The notes under the pieces: generated by a model | The model's database searches: none | The model's input: only the letters and a program-made list of their open reading frames with translations | Told to the model about the DNA's origin: nothing | Program-made: the position numbers and the translations under genes | Assembly: GCA_050952645.1 (NCBI GenBank) | Contig: JBMNLI010000005.1 | Coordinates: forward strand, 1-55,774 | DNA: 55,774 bases | Direction of reading: 5' to 3' | DNA from: Bdellovibrionota bacterium | GTDB lineage: Bacteria > Bdellovibrionota_C > UBA2361 > CAKMMH01 | Part shown: one piece after another, positions 30,076-41,130 of the stretch | Position numbering within the stretch: position 1 is the first letter of the stretch | How the letters are laid out: every line of letters starts with the position of its first letter

Positions 30076-31212
30076 TTACTCATTTGAAGCGGCATCTAGT
30101 TCTTTTAAAGCTTTTTTAGAAGATTTTTTGCTTTTTGTATCTTCAGCTAGCTCTTTATTATCTACATTACTCTCAGCCGAAGCTTCTTTTTTATTATCTT
30201 TTTTATCAGCATCTGAGTTAATGCCTAAAGCTTCAAAAATTAAACCTCTAATTTCATCTTTCAATTCAGGATTATCATTAAAGTATAGCTTCGCTCCCAC
30301 TCTTCCTTGCCCTAATCTCTCGCCTTTGTAAGAATACCAAGCACCAGCTTTATCGACAAATCCATAAGCAACCCCTAGGTCTAAAATTTCACCTACTTGA
30401 CTAATGCCCTCATTGAAAATCACATCAAACTCTGCTTCTCTAAATGGTGGAGCTACTTTATTCTTAACTACTTTTACACGAACTCTATTTCCAGTAACGT
30501 CTGAACTGTCCTTTATAGATGCTATACGTCTAATATCTAACCTTACAGAGGAATAAAACTTTAAAGCATTTCCCCCAGATGTAGTTTCAGGAGAACCAAA
30601 CATTACGCCAATTTTCATTCTAATTTGGTTTACAAATAAAATTAAACAATTCGATTTAGAAGTAATTGCAGTTAGCTTTCTTAAAGCTTTACTCATAAGC
30701 CTAGCTTGCATCCCTGGTTGTTGATCCTCCATCTCTCCTTCTATCTCAGCCTTAGGAGTTAAAGCTGCTACCGAGTCGATAATCACTAAATCTACAGACC
30801 CAGAGACTACTAAAGATTCGCAAATTTCTAAAGCTTGCTCCCCACAGTCTGGTTGGCTTACTAAAAGTTTTGATGTATCGACACCAAGTCTTCTTGCATA
30901 CCCAATATCTAGCGCATGCTCTGCATCTATAAAAACGACCGTTCCGTTTTGCTTTTGCGTTTCAGCCGCAAGATGTAATGCAAGAGTCGTTTTTCCCGAA
31001 GACTCTGGCCCATAAATTTCACAAATTCTTCCTCTTGGAAGTCCTCCAATTCCTAGTGCTATGTCGAGACCTAGGCTTCCAGTGGAAATAACATCTACCT
31101 TTTCTACTGCATCTTCGCCTAAAGCCATAATGGCACCTTTACCGTATTTTTTTTCTAATAAAGATATCGCAGAAGATAATGCTTTTTCTTGTGTTCCATC
31201 GTTAGTTTTCAT
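30076..31212 (-). CDS. recA: recombinase RecA
   Basis: [44 protein letters not shown]. Confidence 0.99.
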   Translation of the reverse strand: MKTNDGTQEKALSSAISLLEKKYGKGAIMALGEDAVEKVDVISTGSLGLDIALGIGGLPRGRICEIYGPESSGKTTLALHLAAETQKQNGTVVFIDAEHALDIGYARRLGVDTSKLLVSQPDCGEQALEICESLVVSGSVDLVIIDSVAALTPKAEIEGEMEDQQPGMQARLMSKALRKLTAITSKSNCLILFVNQIRMKIGVMFGSPETTSGGNALKFYSSVRLDIRRIASIKDSSDVTGNRVRVKVVKNKVAPPFREAEFDVIFNEGISQVGEILDLGVAYGFVDKAGAWYSYKGERLGQGRVGAKLYFNDNPELKDEIRGLIFEALGINSDADKKDNKKEASAESNVDNKELAEDTKSKKSSKKALKELDAASNE

Positions 31213-31516
31213 ATTACTTATACTCCTTCATGTTTTTTGTTGTTTATTATATTTAAATATTCTTATTTAAATATTCATTTAAAATATTCACTTTAAATAG
31301 TCGAAAATTTTTATTTGTTTTTTTATATTTGCCTTTTAAATATCTTAAGCTCTTTAAAAATAGTCTTAAAAAGTAATCTTTAAAAATAGTCTCTAAAAGT
31401 AGCCTTAAAAGATAGTGCCTAAAAGATAGTGCTTAAAAGATAATGCTTAAAAGATAATGCATAAAAAATAACGCTTAAAAAAGAAAATTGCTAATGCTAA
31501 AGAACTTAAAGTTCAA

Positions 31517-32182
31517 TTAGTGCATTTCTCTAATTATACCTATGGCCTTTCCTTGAATATCAACGCTGTCTAATGTTAAAGGCGTAAAATCTTCATTAGC
31601 AGGGATAAGCATTACTTGCCCATTTTTAAGTTTCTTATAAGTCTTTAATGTTGCCGAGCCGTCTTCTAAAAGTGCTACTACGATTTGACCATTATCTGCA
31701 TAGCTTTGCTTTTTTACGACTACGATATCACCATCGCAAATATGTGCATCGATCATAGAGTTTCCTTGCACTTCTAAGCAAAACACCTCGCCTCTACCGT
31801 CGACCATCGATGGGGGAACCTCTATCATGGTAGTAGCATCCTCTATGGCTTCAATCGGGAACCCAGCCGCTATAACGCCTACTAAAGGCACTTGGTAAGA
31901 ACTAGAGATTTTAGGAATTTCTTTTTCTACAATCTCTATCGCACCATTTTCATCCTTTATTATAAAACCTTTTTCTATTAATCTTTCAAGATGAAAAAAC
32001 GCAGTAGAAGCAGATTTTACTTTTATATGGTTTGAAATGTCCTTTAAGCTCGGGGCATAACCTCTTTGCTCTATAAATTGCTTTATAAAATCGTAGGTCT
32101 TTTTTTGAACCGTTGAAAGAGTGTTAGCTTTTAAGCTACCTAGTTCTGAATTACTTGCATCAGTTTTTTTATTATATTTCAT
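31517..32182 (-). CDS. lexA: SOS repressor LexA
   Basis: N-terminal wHTH (GYAPS..DI), cleavage site IAAG.P, catalytic GNSM and TLK. Confidence 0.93.
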   Translation of the reverse strand: MKYNKKTDASNSELGSLKANTLSTVQKKTYDFIKQFIEQRGYAPSLKDISNHIKVKSASTAFFHLERLIEKGFIIKDENGAIEIVEKEIPKISSSYQVPLVGVIAAGFPIEAIEDATTMIEVPPSMVDGRGEVFCLEVQGNSMIDAHICDGDIVVVKKQSYADNGQIVVALLEDGSATLKTYKKLKNGQVMLIPANEDFTPLTLDSVDIQGKAIGIIREMH

Positions 32183-32474
32183 AAAAGCTTCCTTAATTTA
32201 CAATTTATAAAATCCTTATAAAATCCAGACTCAAAGACTAATATTTAATTTTAGTAATTAAATACCAATGCTGTATGTTTTATATTTATAAGATAAAATT
32301 ATAATATTAGCAATAGGGAAAATAGAAAAAATATAGAAAAATAAAAATAAATAGAAAAAACATAGAAAGAATAAATAATATAAATCAAATAAAGAGTAAA
32401 TATAGAATAAATAAGAAGAAATAAAAAAATAGAAAGAAAAACTAAAGAATAATCAAATAAAAAAAGTTTTTTTA

Positions 32475-33185
32475 TCAAACTGCAGTGTTTATATTGCGCA
32501 CGCTTTTATTAGAATTTCTAAGGCTTCCAACCCTTGAAACAAACTTTTGTCTATCGTTTACGTAAAACTCAAGCAACATAGCATTCTTAGAAAGAAAAGG
32601 GTAGATGTCGTTTTCGCTCGCAGTAATTCCTTTACAAGCAAGTTTTATCTGCTCAAAATCTTCTAGCGTAAGTATATTTAATAAATATTTTTTCGTAGTT
32701 GCACTTTGTATACATTCGTTAAGCATATCTAAAAGGGCTAATTGGTTTTTAAACTCCTTAGCTAAAATTTCTATCTTTTTATTTCTTAGCGCTGTATCTT
32801 TTATCTCGTTTAACTCTAGCAACTCACGATATGTCTTATAATATATCTCATAAACTAGTTCATTATTCGCAGCTTTTTTTAATAGTTCATACGATATTTC
32901 ATTGTGTCCTTCGGCGCTCTGATGTAGTGCGGCAGAATTTATCCTAAATTTTTTGATCTCTTGTTCTAGTAAAGTAGTATTTAATAAGCCATCGGCTCTG
33001 CTTTCTTTAATTTCTTTAGCATCTTTAGGCTTGCTTGCATCTTCTCTTAAATTTTCTCCTAATTTTAATATTTTTATTTCTTGATCTGTTAAAGCGTTTT
33101 CAACGCTTGAAGTGCTAGGAGCTACATTACTAGGTTCTACATTGCTAGAAGCTACATTATGTTTATGATAACTACTTACTGCCAT
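32475..33185 (-). CDS. hypothetical helical protein with Ser-rich N-terminus
   Basis: 236-aa ORF with genome-typical composition; no recognised family. Confidence 0.65.
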   Translation of the reverse strand: MAVSSYHKHNVASSNVEPSNVAPSTSSVENALTDQEIKILKLGENLREDASKPKDAKEIKESRADGLLNTTLLEQEIKKFRINSAALHQSAEGHNEISYELLKKAANNELVYEIYYKTYRELLELNEIKDTALRNKKIEILAKEFKNQLALLDMLNECIQSATTKKYLLNILTLEDFEQIKLACKGITASENDIYPFLSKNAMLLEFYVNDRQKFVSRVGSLRNSNKSVRNINTAV

Positions 33186-33445
33186 ATACCATTATATCTA
33201 TTTTGCATCAAATTTTAACTTAACAAATAATATTATGATATATTATAATATTTTGCAATCTTATTAAAAAATAATTGCAAATTTTTTGCTTTTAGCTAGA
33301 TACTCTAGAATGACTATTCTAGCGGTGGTTATTCTAGTAATTTTATTCTAGTAATGTTTATTTATTAAAGCTCTAGCATAATTTTAAACATTTTTAGCGA
33401 ATGTTTTTAGAGGTTATTTTTAGAGATTATTTTTAGAGATTGTTT

Positions 33446-34168
33446 TTAGAGATTGTTTTTAGAGATTAAAGCATTGATTATAACCATAGGAATTTTAGCT
33501 AATCCATATATTAAATAAATAATGCCACTTAAACCATTAAATGCCCAAGCTAATAGAAATGTAGCGATGCAAATGTTTATCGCTATAACGTAAACTAATG
33601 CTACGTAATAGCCTCCTTGAATACCTGTAAAATCGCTTTGATGAGGTCCAACATCGGAAATTCCTAAATAAAAATCCGCCCCATACCCAATAGCGGTAAG
33701 CGACATAATGATTTCATGGTTGCCCCACCAAAAAATCGAGGAAAAAAATAAAATAAGAATTGTAAAAATTGGAAAGTGGTACGGAGCTAATGCGATAAGC
33801 GCATTATACATTCTAGTTTTTTTAGTATATTCATAAACTATATACCCTTCGTCTTTCTCTATGTTCATTTTTTTATACTTATTGCCAACTAGGTTTGCAG
33901 AAAGCCTATGTTTGAATTCGTGAATTAGAACTGCAATTTCGTTTTTTAAAAGAAACTTAGCCGCAATACCAGAAAAGACTGCTATGCTTATAAAAGCTAA
34001 AAGGTTTGTTATTGAAGCGCCATCTTCATTAAATCTAGTAAAAATAAGACTAGGAAACATTATTAGATTATTTATCGCTATAATAACTAAGCAAAAAATA
34101 GATATAAAAAACGGCAAGCCTCCAACTGGCTTAGTGTTTTCTTTAGGTTCTTTTTTAAACATCGGCAA
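33446..34168 (-). CDS. M50B-like membrane metallopeptidase
   Basis: Multiple TM segments; HEFKH (HExxH) and ALAPY motifs; Q-S-D third-ligand region. Confidence 0.7.
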   Translation of the reverse strand: MPMFKKEPKENTKPVGGLPFFISIFCLVIIAINNLIMFPSLIFTRFNEDGASITNLLAFISIAVFSGIAAKFLLKNEIAVLIHEFKHRLSANLVGNKYKKMNIEKDEGYIVYEYTKKTRMYNALIALAPYHFPIFTILILFFSSIFWWGNHEIIMSLTAIGYGADFYLGISDVGPHQSDFTGIQGGYYVALVYVIAINICIATFLLAWAFNGLSGIIYLIYGLAKIPMVIINALISKNNL

Positions 34169-34392
34169 ATTTAAAACTCCATAAAGTAAAATTTATAAAC
34201 AAATATTATTTTGTATATTTATAAAAAATATATTTTCTCTATGTCGAATGCAAAAAAATTATATATTAAAAATTAAATAAGTAAAACATAATAAAAAAAA
34301 TCTCATTTCTAAATTAGAATTTTTATAATAGAGTGTAAGAGTAAAATTAAACTTGAAAATTTTTGATAATAAGTTTTTTTAAGGTAAAAAAC

Positions 34393-35523
34393 ATGAACGA
34401 TAATATAAGTAAAAATATAAGTAATAATATAAGTAATAATATAAATAGTGATAATAGCAACAAAGATAATAATAATAAAAATAATGTAAATAATAAAAAT
34501 AATAATGGTAAAAATAATAATAGCGAAAATAATAATAGCGAAAAAATCGCTCTAGTAACTGGAGCTAATGGCTACGTTGGGCAAAATGTATGTAGAGAGC
34601 TTTTGCATCATGGCTATAAAGTAAAAGCTATGCATAGAAAAAATAGCGATATTTCCACTATAAAAGATTTGCCTCTAGAGTTAGTCGAAGGTGATTTAAT
34701 CGATATAGATTCTCTAGATAACGCTTGCAAAAATGTAGACTACGTATTTAGCATCGCAGGGCTTTTTAGGCAAGCAAAATTCCCAGATGAAATGTATTAT
34801 AAAGTAAACGTAGGTGGTATAAAAAATCTTTTAGATATGAGTATAAAACATAATGTTAAAAGATTTATCCATTGTAGCACTAATGGAGTTATGGGGCCTT
34901 GCTACGGCAAAGTGTTAGGTGAAGATGCGCCGTATAACCCAGGAGATGTCTACCAAGACTCAAAATGCGAAGGGGAGAAAATAGTAAAAGAGTATATAAA
35001 AGGTAATAAAATTTTAGCTTCTATAATTCGCCCTACGATGATTTGGGGAGTAGGAGATATGAGATTTTTAAAACTCTTTAAAGGAATTAAAAATAGAACT
35101 CTACCTATTATAGGTTCTGGGGAGTTTAAAACTCACTGGATTCTTGGAACCGACTTAGCGGTTGCTTTTAGACTTTGTGCCGAGAAAGATGAGGCAGTAG
35201 GACAAACGTATTTAATAGGTGGAAATGAAATAGTGCCACTTAAAAGAGTGTATGAAGAAATAGCTAAGTTTTGGAGAGTAAAAGTTTTGCCTTTTAAAAT
35301 TCCTGCAAAACCACTTCAAATTCTAGGAGATATAGTAGAAAAAATTTGCGTTCCTTTTAATATAGAGCCACCTATTCATAGAAGAAGAGTAGATTTTTTT
35401 ACGAAAGATAGAGCATTCGATATCTCTAAGGCAAAAAGAGACTTAGGATTTTTACCTAAGCACACTTTCAAAGAAGAAGTAGAAATTGTAGGAAATTGGT
35501 ATAAGGAGGTTCTTTCTAGATAA
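34393..35523 (+). CDS. NAD-dependent epimerase/dehydratase (extended SDR)
   Basis: TGANGYVG, YQDSK (YxxxK), RP...WG; probable ATG at 34393 with an Asn-rich leader. Confidence 0.88.
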   Translation: MNDNISKNISNNISNNINSDNSNKDNNNKNNVNNKNNNGKNNNSENNNSEKIALVTGANGYVGQNVCRELLHHGYKVKAMHRKNSDISTIKDLPLELVEGDLIDIDSLDNACKNVDYVFSIAGLFRQAKFPDEMYYKVNVGGIKNLLDMSIKHNVKRFIHCSTNGVMGPCYGKVLGEDAPYNPGDVYQDSKCEGEKIVKEYIKGNKILASIIRPTMIWGVGDMRFLKLFKGIKNRTLPIIGSGEFKTHWILGTDLAVAFRLCAEKDEAVGQTYLIGGNEIVPLKRVYEEIAKFWRVKVLPFKIPAKPLQILGDIVEKICVPFNIEPPIHRRRVDFFTKDRAFDISKAKRDLGFLPKHTFKEEVEIVGNWYKEVLSR

Positions 35524-35550
35524 TATAAAATAATTGGTAAAATAACACCT

Positions 35551-35579
35551 TTGACAAAACTATAACTCGAGATTATACT
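35551..35579 (+). promoter_or_regulatory. sigma70 promoter for cysDN
   Basis: TTGACA-N17-TATACT. Confidence 0.7.
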
Positions 35580-35787
35580 CTAGCAAATTAGACGTCATAG
35601 ATTAGATATAAAAGATTAGATGTAAAAGATTAGATATAAAAGATTAGATGTTAAGGCTAGGTTTATAAGATTAGATATTAAGTTTAGTTTTTTAGATAAA
35701 TTTTTTAAAGTATTTATTTAAAAATTTCAAATTTACGTAATTTTTATAAATTTATAATTTTAATAATTTAAAAAGGTAAGAAAATAG

Positions 35788-36591
35788 ATGAGTTATTTAG
35801 ATCAACTAGAAAATAACAGCATATATATTATAAGAGAAGCGTACAATCAATTTAAGCATATGGGGCTTTTATGGAGCATAGGAAAAGACTCTACTACGCT
35901 TTTGTGGCTTTGTAGAAAAGCTTTCTTTGGAAAAATTCCGTTTCCAGTTATGCATATAGATACAACCTTTAAATTCCCAGAGATGTACGCTTATAGAGAT
36001 AAGTATGAAAAAGAATGGGATTTAAATCTTATAATAGAAACGAATAAGGACGCAATCGAAAAAGGAATAAATTATAAGGACAACGATGCCTTTACTTGTT
36101 GCCACGAATTAAAAACTGTAGCACTTCAACAAGCCATCGTAAAGCATGGGTTTGATGCACTTTGCGTTGGCATTAGGAGAGATGAACATAGCATTAGAGC
36201 AAAAGAAAGAGTGTTTTCATCTCGCTCAATCGATTTTAAATGGGATTATAAAAACCAATCTGCTGAAATGTGGGATCATTACAAAGGGGATACTAACGAA
36301 GGAAAGCATGTAAGAATACATCCGCTTTTACAATGGACAGAGCTAGATATTTGGAAATATATCCAAAGAGAAAATATTCCTATAAATGAGCTTTATTTTG
36401 CTAAAAATGGAAAACGTTATAGAAGTTTAGGTTGTATGCCTATAACTATACCGATCGATTCTAACGCCGATACGGTTGAAAAAATTGTAGAAGAATTAAA
36501 AACTACCGATATTGCTGAAAGGTCTGGTAGAGCGCAAGATAAAGAGACTGCATATATGATGCAAAAATTAAGAAGCTTAGGATATATGTAA
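35788..36591 (+). CDS. cysD: sulfate adenylyltransferase subunit 2
   Basis: WSIGKDS, HIDT..KF.EM, G.RRDE..RAKER.FS, RSLGC, ERSGRAQD, GYM C-terminus. Confidence 0.95.
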   Translation: MSYLDQLENNSIYIIREAYNQFKHMGLLWSIGKDSTTLLWLCRKAFFGKIPFPVMHIDTTFKFPEMYAYRDKYEKEWDLNLIIETNKDAIEKGINYKDNDAFTCCHELKTVALQQAIVKHGFDALCVGIRRDEHSIRAKERVFSSRSIDFKWDYKNQSAEMWDHYKGDTNEGKHVRIHPLLQWTELDIWKYIQRENIPINELYFAKNGKRYRSLGCMPITIPIDSNADTVEKIVEELKTTDIAERSGRAQDKETAYMMQKLRSLGYM

Positions 36592-36682
36592 AAAATATAT
36601 GTAAAAGAAAGTAGATATATTAAGTGAAATATAAGAAAAATATAAAAATATAATAGAAAAATAATAAGAGGTATTATATAAA

Positions 36683-37936
36683 ATGAATATTAGTAAAGAT
36701 ATTAGTAAAGAAAGAGAGCATTTAAATTTTGTGATAGTAGGACATATAGATCACGGAAAAAGCACTTTAATAGGTAGGCTTTTATACGACACTGATTCTA
36801 TTCCTGAGAGCATTATAGATGATGTGCGCACTACCTCAGAGGCGATAGGTAAAAAAATGGAGTTTGCGTATTTGCTAGACTCTTTAAAAGAAGAAAGAGA
36901 GCAAAATATTACTATCGATACTACACAGACATTTTTTAAATCGGAAAAAAGAGATTATATCATTATAGACGCTCCTGGGCATAAAGAGTTTTTAAAAAAT
37001 ATGATAACCGGGGCTTCTTTAGCAAACGCTGCAATTCTAATGGTAGACTCTAGTGTTGGACTTCAGGAACAAAGTAGACGCCACGCTTTTATTTTAAGTC
37101 TTTTAGGTGTTAAACAAATAATAGTCGCTATAAACAAGATGGATTTAGTCGATTACAGAGAAGATGTTTATGAGAAGATAAGGAGTGAGGTTGTAGAGTT
37201 TTTAATGAAGGTGAATTTAAAGCCTAGTTATGTTATACCAGTTTCTGCAAAAGAGGGTGATAATATCATAACTTATTCTAGCAATATGTCTTGGTATGAT
37301 GCTAAGAATGTGCTTGAAGCGTTAGACTCATTCGAGCCATCTGCTTCTTTAGATAAAAAACCTCTAAGGTTTCCAGTGCAAGATGTTTATAATATCGATG
37401 ATAAAAAAATATACGTTGGAAAGCTCGAAAGTGGCTCACTTAAAAAAGGTGATGAGGTTTTTGTGTTACCTGAAAATAAAAAAGCTACAATTAAAAGTAT
37501 TGAGGTATGGAAGCAAATTAAAAATAAGGCAAATGCTGGAGATTCTATAGGTCTTACATTTAATGAAGATATAGAGCTTAAAAGGGGAGATATCGTTTGT
37601 AAAGAAGATGCTCCTCAAGTATCTTCCTTACTTCAAGCTACAGTTTTTTGGATGGACGACAAAGATTACCAAGCAGATGAAAAGCTTATACTTAAATGTG
37701 CTACTCAAGAGGTGCCTTGCACGATAACAAGTATCGAAAGCAGAGTAGACTCATCTTCACTCGACGTTATCGAAGGCGACCGCTCAATAATGAAATCTAC
37801 TGAAGCTGCAAAACTTAGTATAAAAACGGATAAGCCACTAGTAACCGAAGATTTTAATAAGGTAGAAGGGTTAGGTAGATTTGTTTTTACTAGAGAAAAT
37901 GGCGATATCGTAGCGAGTGGCATTTTTGGAAACTAG
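36683..37936 (+). CDS. cysN: sulfate adenylyltransferase subunit 1 (GTPase), no APS-kinase domain
   Basis: [35 protein letters not shown]; directly after cysD. Confidence 0.92.
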   Translation: MNISKDISKEREHLNFVIVGHIDHGKSTLIGRLLYDTDSIPESIIDDVRTTSEAIGKKMEFAYLLDSLKEEREQNITIDTTQTFFKSEKRDYIIIDAPGHKEFLKNMITGASLANAAILMVDSSVGLQEQSRRHAFILSLLGVKQIIVAINKMDLVDYREDVYEKIRSEVVEFLMKVNLKPSYVIPVSAKEGDNIITYSSNMSWYDAKNVLEALDSFEPSASLDKKPLRFPVQDVYNIDDKKIYVGKLESGSLKKGDEVFVLPENKKATIKSIEVWKQIKNKANAGDSIGLTFNEDIELKRGDIVCKEDAPQVSSLLQATVFWMDDKDYQADEKLILKCATQEVPCTITSIESRVDSSSLDVIEGDRSIMKSTEAAKLSIKTDKPLVTEDFNKVEGLGRFVFTRENGDIVASGIFGN

Positions 37937-38096
37937 TGCGTGAAACTAGTGTGGAAAATTAATATAGAAATTGATATAGAAATTAATGTGAAAATTAATG
38001 TGTAGGAACTCCTTTCATAATTAAATCAAAATCATAATCGATCATAATGGTTCTTTTACGCATTTAAATTTGCTTTCTAGTTTTTCTAGCGAACTC

Positions 38097-38125
38097 TTGA
38101 CTATGTAAAATATTCTTGGTATAAG
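38097..38125 (+). promoter_or_regulatory. possible sigma70 promoter for minCDE
   Basis: TTGACT-N17-TATAAG with an extended TG, about 315 bp upstream of minC. Confidence 0.4.
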
Positions 38126-38440
38126 TTAGTTAAAGTAAGAACACAGTTTTACTTTTAGTTTTTTTGTTTTTAAATTATTAAGTTTTTTTTATTTTAAGCT
38201 TTGTAAATATTTTCTTTAAGATATTTGTTTTTTATCTACTTGATCTTTATTTTATATTATATGTAATTTAATTTTATATGTAATTTAATTTTATATGTAA
38301 TTTTTAAAAAAATTCCCATAGTTATTTGCTTTTATTTTTAAGTCAAGTATTATAAATAAAGCTTAATTTTTATACTGATGATTTTAAGTAAAAAAACAGC
38401 TTATAAAAAGCTTATATTTTCACTTTAAGGGAAAGGCACT

Positions 38441-39343
38441 TTGGAAGAAAATTTAGAAGAAAAAGGTATAAATACGTGCGTCACGGCAAGAGGAACAGCA
38501 GAGGGGCTTATCTTAAGATTAGATGGACGTTCTAAAGAAGATGATCTAAAACTTGCAATGAAAGATTTTATAGATGCTAGAAAATCTTTTATCGTTGGAA
38601 GCGACGTAACGATAGAATGGGTGGGTGCTATTCCAGAAGATAAATACGTTTCTAACATTTCAACTATATTAGCAGATGAATACAAAATAAATGTAAAAGA
38701 AAGTAGGCTAAAAGATAACATCGTAAAAGAATATTCAAGTAAAGAAAAATCTGGGCAAAATAGCACAAAAAGAAATTTAAAAAATAAAGATTCAAAAGAT
38801 GATGATAATACTGGGTTAAGTTTATTCGAGGGACTTAGATTAATCGATAATGATGCGGATGCAAATTCTAATTTAAGTAATACTAATTCAAGTAATATAA
38901 CTAGTAATATAAAAAGACAGCATTCTTTTCAAACCTCTAATTTAATCTCTAATGCAAATGCTAATAATATAAATAATGATGTTTGGGATGCAGCCAATAC
39001 GAGAGTTGTTTGCACGACACTTCGTTCTGGGCAAAAAATAGAAACTGAGCATACGCTTTTAGTGTTAGGCGATGTTAATTATGGAGCGGAAATAATAGCC
39101 GCTGGAGATGTGATAGTTCTAGGCACTCTAAGGGGAATTGCTCACGCTGGTGCTTACGATGAAACGGGAGGAGGACGAGTTATTTTTGCACTCGATCTTC
39201 GTCCTACTCAATTAAGAATAGGTTCTATAATCTCGCGTGATGGAAATGAAAGCAATAAAAAGCTTCCAGAAATTGCGCATGTCGATGGAGATCTTATAGT
39301 TGTGGAGCCTTATAATTCTCGTTCTTGGAAAAGAAGAGGGTAA
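38441..39343 (+). CDS. minC: septum site-determining protein MinC
   Basis: TLRSGQ.I, LGDVN.GAE.IA.GD..VLG.LRG.AHAG, PTQLRIG, PEIA. Confidence 0.93.
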   Translation: MEENLEEKGINTCVTARGTAEGLILRLDGRSKEDDLKLAMKDFIDARKSFIVGSDVTIEWVGAIPEDKYVSNISTILADEYKINVKESRLKDNIVKEYSSKEKSGQNSTKRNLKNKDSKDDDNTGLSLFEGLRLIDNDADANSNLSNTNSSNITSNIKRQHSFQTSNLISNANANNINNDVWDAANTRVVCTTLRSGQKIETEHTLLVLGDVNYGAEIIAAGDVIVLGTLRGIAHAGAYDETGGGRVIFALDLRPTQLRIGSIISRDGNESNKKLPEIAHVDGDLIVVEPYNSRSWKRRG

Positions 39344-39473
39344 AGAAGATAAAAGAAAAAATAATTAGAAAATAATTATTAAAATATAATTATTAGAATA
39401 TAATTAAAAAGATAAAAGGATAAGAACAAAGAAGTATAAGGGTTAAAAAATAATATATATTTACTTGCTATTT

Positions 39474-40310
39474 ATGGAGAAAATAATGAGTGTAGGTAAT
39501 ACAAATATAGCAAAATTAGCTGATGTGTATGTAGTAACTTCAGGAAAAGGTGGAGTTGGAAAAACGACTACTACTGCTAGCCTTGGTGCTGCTTTAGCTA
39601 TGAAAGGAAAAAGAACTTTAGTAGTAGATGCAGATATAGGCTTAAGAAATCTTGATGTTATTTTAGGGCTTGAAAGTAGAGTAGTTTTTAATGTTGTTGA
39701 TGTGGCAAAAAAAGTTTGCAAGCCAAATCAAGCAACGGTTAAGTCTAAAAAATCACCTAATTTATATCTTCTTCCTGCTTCGCAAACCGATGATAAGGAT
39801 GTTATCACTGAAGAGGAACTTAAAACGACGCTAGAATGGTATAGAAGAGAGTTCGATTTTATTTTAATAGACTCTCCTGCTGGGATAGAGCAAGGTTTTA
39901 AAAATGCTTGCGTTTCTGCATCTTCTGCTCTAGTGGTGACGACTCCTGAAATCTCTGCGATAAGAGATGCCGACAGAGTTATAGGGCTTCTAGCTGCAAG
40001 AAGTATAGAGCCAAAACTTATCGTTAATAGGATAGACTTTGCAATGGTAAGAAGAGGCGATATGCTATCTGTGGACGATGTCGAGGATATACTTGGGATA
40101 GAAACTATTGGAATAGTAGAAAGAGATGAGAGCGTTATAGTGTCCTCGAACTGTGGAGATCCTGTGGTGTATAATCCAAAATCAAAAGCTGGAAGTGCAT
40201 TTTTGAGAATAGCAGCAAGGCTATGTGGTGAAAATATTCCTATCGCATGTAAAGAAAAGCCTAAATCTTTACTTGGGAGAATTGGAAAACATTTAGGACT
40301 TAACGTGTAA
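39474..40310 (+). CDS. minD: septum site-determining ATPase MinD (start uncertain, 39465-39486)
   Basis: TSGKGGVGKTT, DIGLRNLD, DSPAGIE.GF, PE.SA.RDADR, C-terminal amphipathic helix. Confidence 0.97.
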   Translation: MEKIMSVGNTNIAKLADVYVVTSGKGGVGKTTTTASLGAALAMKGKRTLVVDADIGLRNLDVILGLESRVVFNVVDVAKKVCKPNQATVKSKKSPNLYLLPASQTDDKDVITEEELKTTLEWYRREFDFILIDSPAGIEQGFKNACVSASSALVVTTPEISAIRDADRVIGLLAARSIEPKLIVNRIDFAMVRRGDMLSVDDVEDILGIETIGIVERDESVIVSSNCGDPVVYNPKSKAGSAFLRIAARLCGENIPIACKEKPKSLLGRIGKHLGLNV

Positions 40311-40533
40311 TTTTAGTTTGTTATTTTGTAGTTTTTTTATAGTTATATTTTTTATATTTATATTTTATATTTATATTTTGTATTTATATTTTATAGTTAT
40401 TTTTTTATTATAATTTATTTTAACACTTTTAGGGTTTCTGATAATTTGTTTATGTGTTAAAAATGAAGGGTAGTTTATAGTTATAAATTTAGTTTTAAAG
40501 TAAATTTTTTTTATAAAAAAAGGAGCTGTCGTA

Positions 40534-40899
40534 GTGTTTAATGTGCTAAAAAATTTATTTTCAAAAGAGCCTAGTAGTAAAGTTCATGCAAAGAATCGTT
40601 TGCAATTCGTGTTAGTCCAAGATAGAGCAGGGCTTAATAATGATGAGCTAGCAAGTTTTAGAAAAGAATTATTAAATGTTATAGAAAAATATTTTGTTGT
40701 AAAAGAAGGGGATTTCGGTATCGATTATACTAGAGATGGAAATACTACTAAGCTTACGATAAACTCCCCTGTCGTTGCTAAAAGAGATTTTGAGAAATTA
40801 AAAAACAATGATAATAACTCAAAAAATGATTCTCAAGAAAAATTAGAAATCAGAAGCAAAAGCGATAATAATCAAAAAAAGAAGAAAGCTGCAAATTAA
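40534..40899 (+). CDS. minE: cell division topological specificity factor MinE
   Basis: S...AK.RLQ.VL..DR, ..R.ELL.VI.KY, L..N.P; SD AGGAG. Confidence 0.92.
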   Translation: MFNVLKNLFSKEPSSKVHAKNRLQFVLVQDRAGLNNDELASFRKELLNVIEKYFVVKEGDFGIDYTRDGNTTKLTINSPVVAKRDFEKLKNNDNNSKNDSQEKLEIRSKSDNNQKKKKAAN

Positions 40900-40933
40900 G
40901 AAGATATATCTAAACTCCCCCTTAAAACAACGT

Positions 40934-40971
40934 AAAAGAGCCTAATTTAAGTGTTGATTTAGGCTTTTTTT
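40934..40971 (+). terminator. intrinsic terminator after minE
   Basis: AGCCTAA...TTAGGCT followed by a T-run. Confidence 0.65.
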
Positions 40972-41061
40972 GTGTGTAATCGCTTAAAATTTAAGTTTTA
41001 TTTATAAAATTTATTCATAAAAATCTCATTGTAAAATAAAACTTTAAAATATATATTGATA

Positions 41062-41091
41062 TCAATGTTTTACTATATTTTGCCGATACTA
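41062..41091 (+). promoter_or_regulatory. sigma28-like promoter
   Basis: TCAA-N16-GCCGATACTA, 40 bp upstream of the AAA ATPase ATG. Confidence 0.55.
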
Positions 41092-41130
41092 CTCTACGTA
41101 TTGTAGAGAATATCTTTTTTTTATTTTGCA

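Noticed and set aside
36683..37936. GTPase as EF-Tu/EF-1alpha
   Set aside because: Adjacency to cysD and the GRLL.DT / EEREQ.ITID motifs indicate CysN
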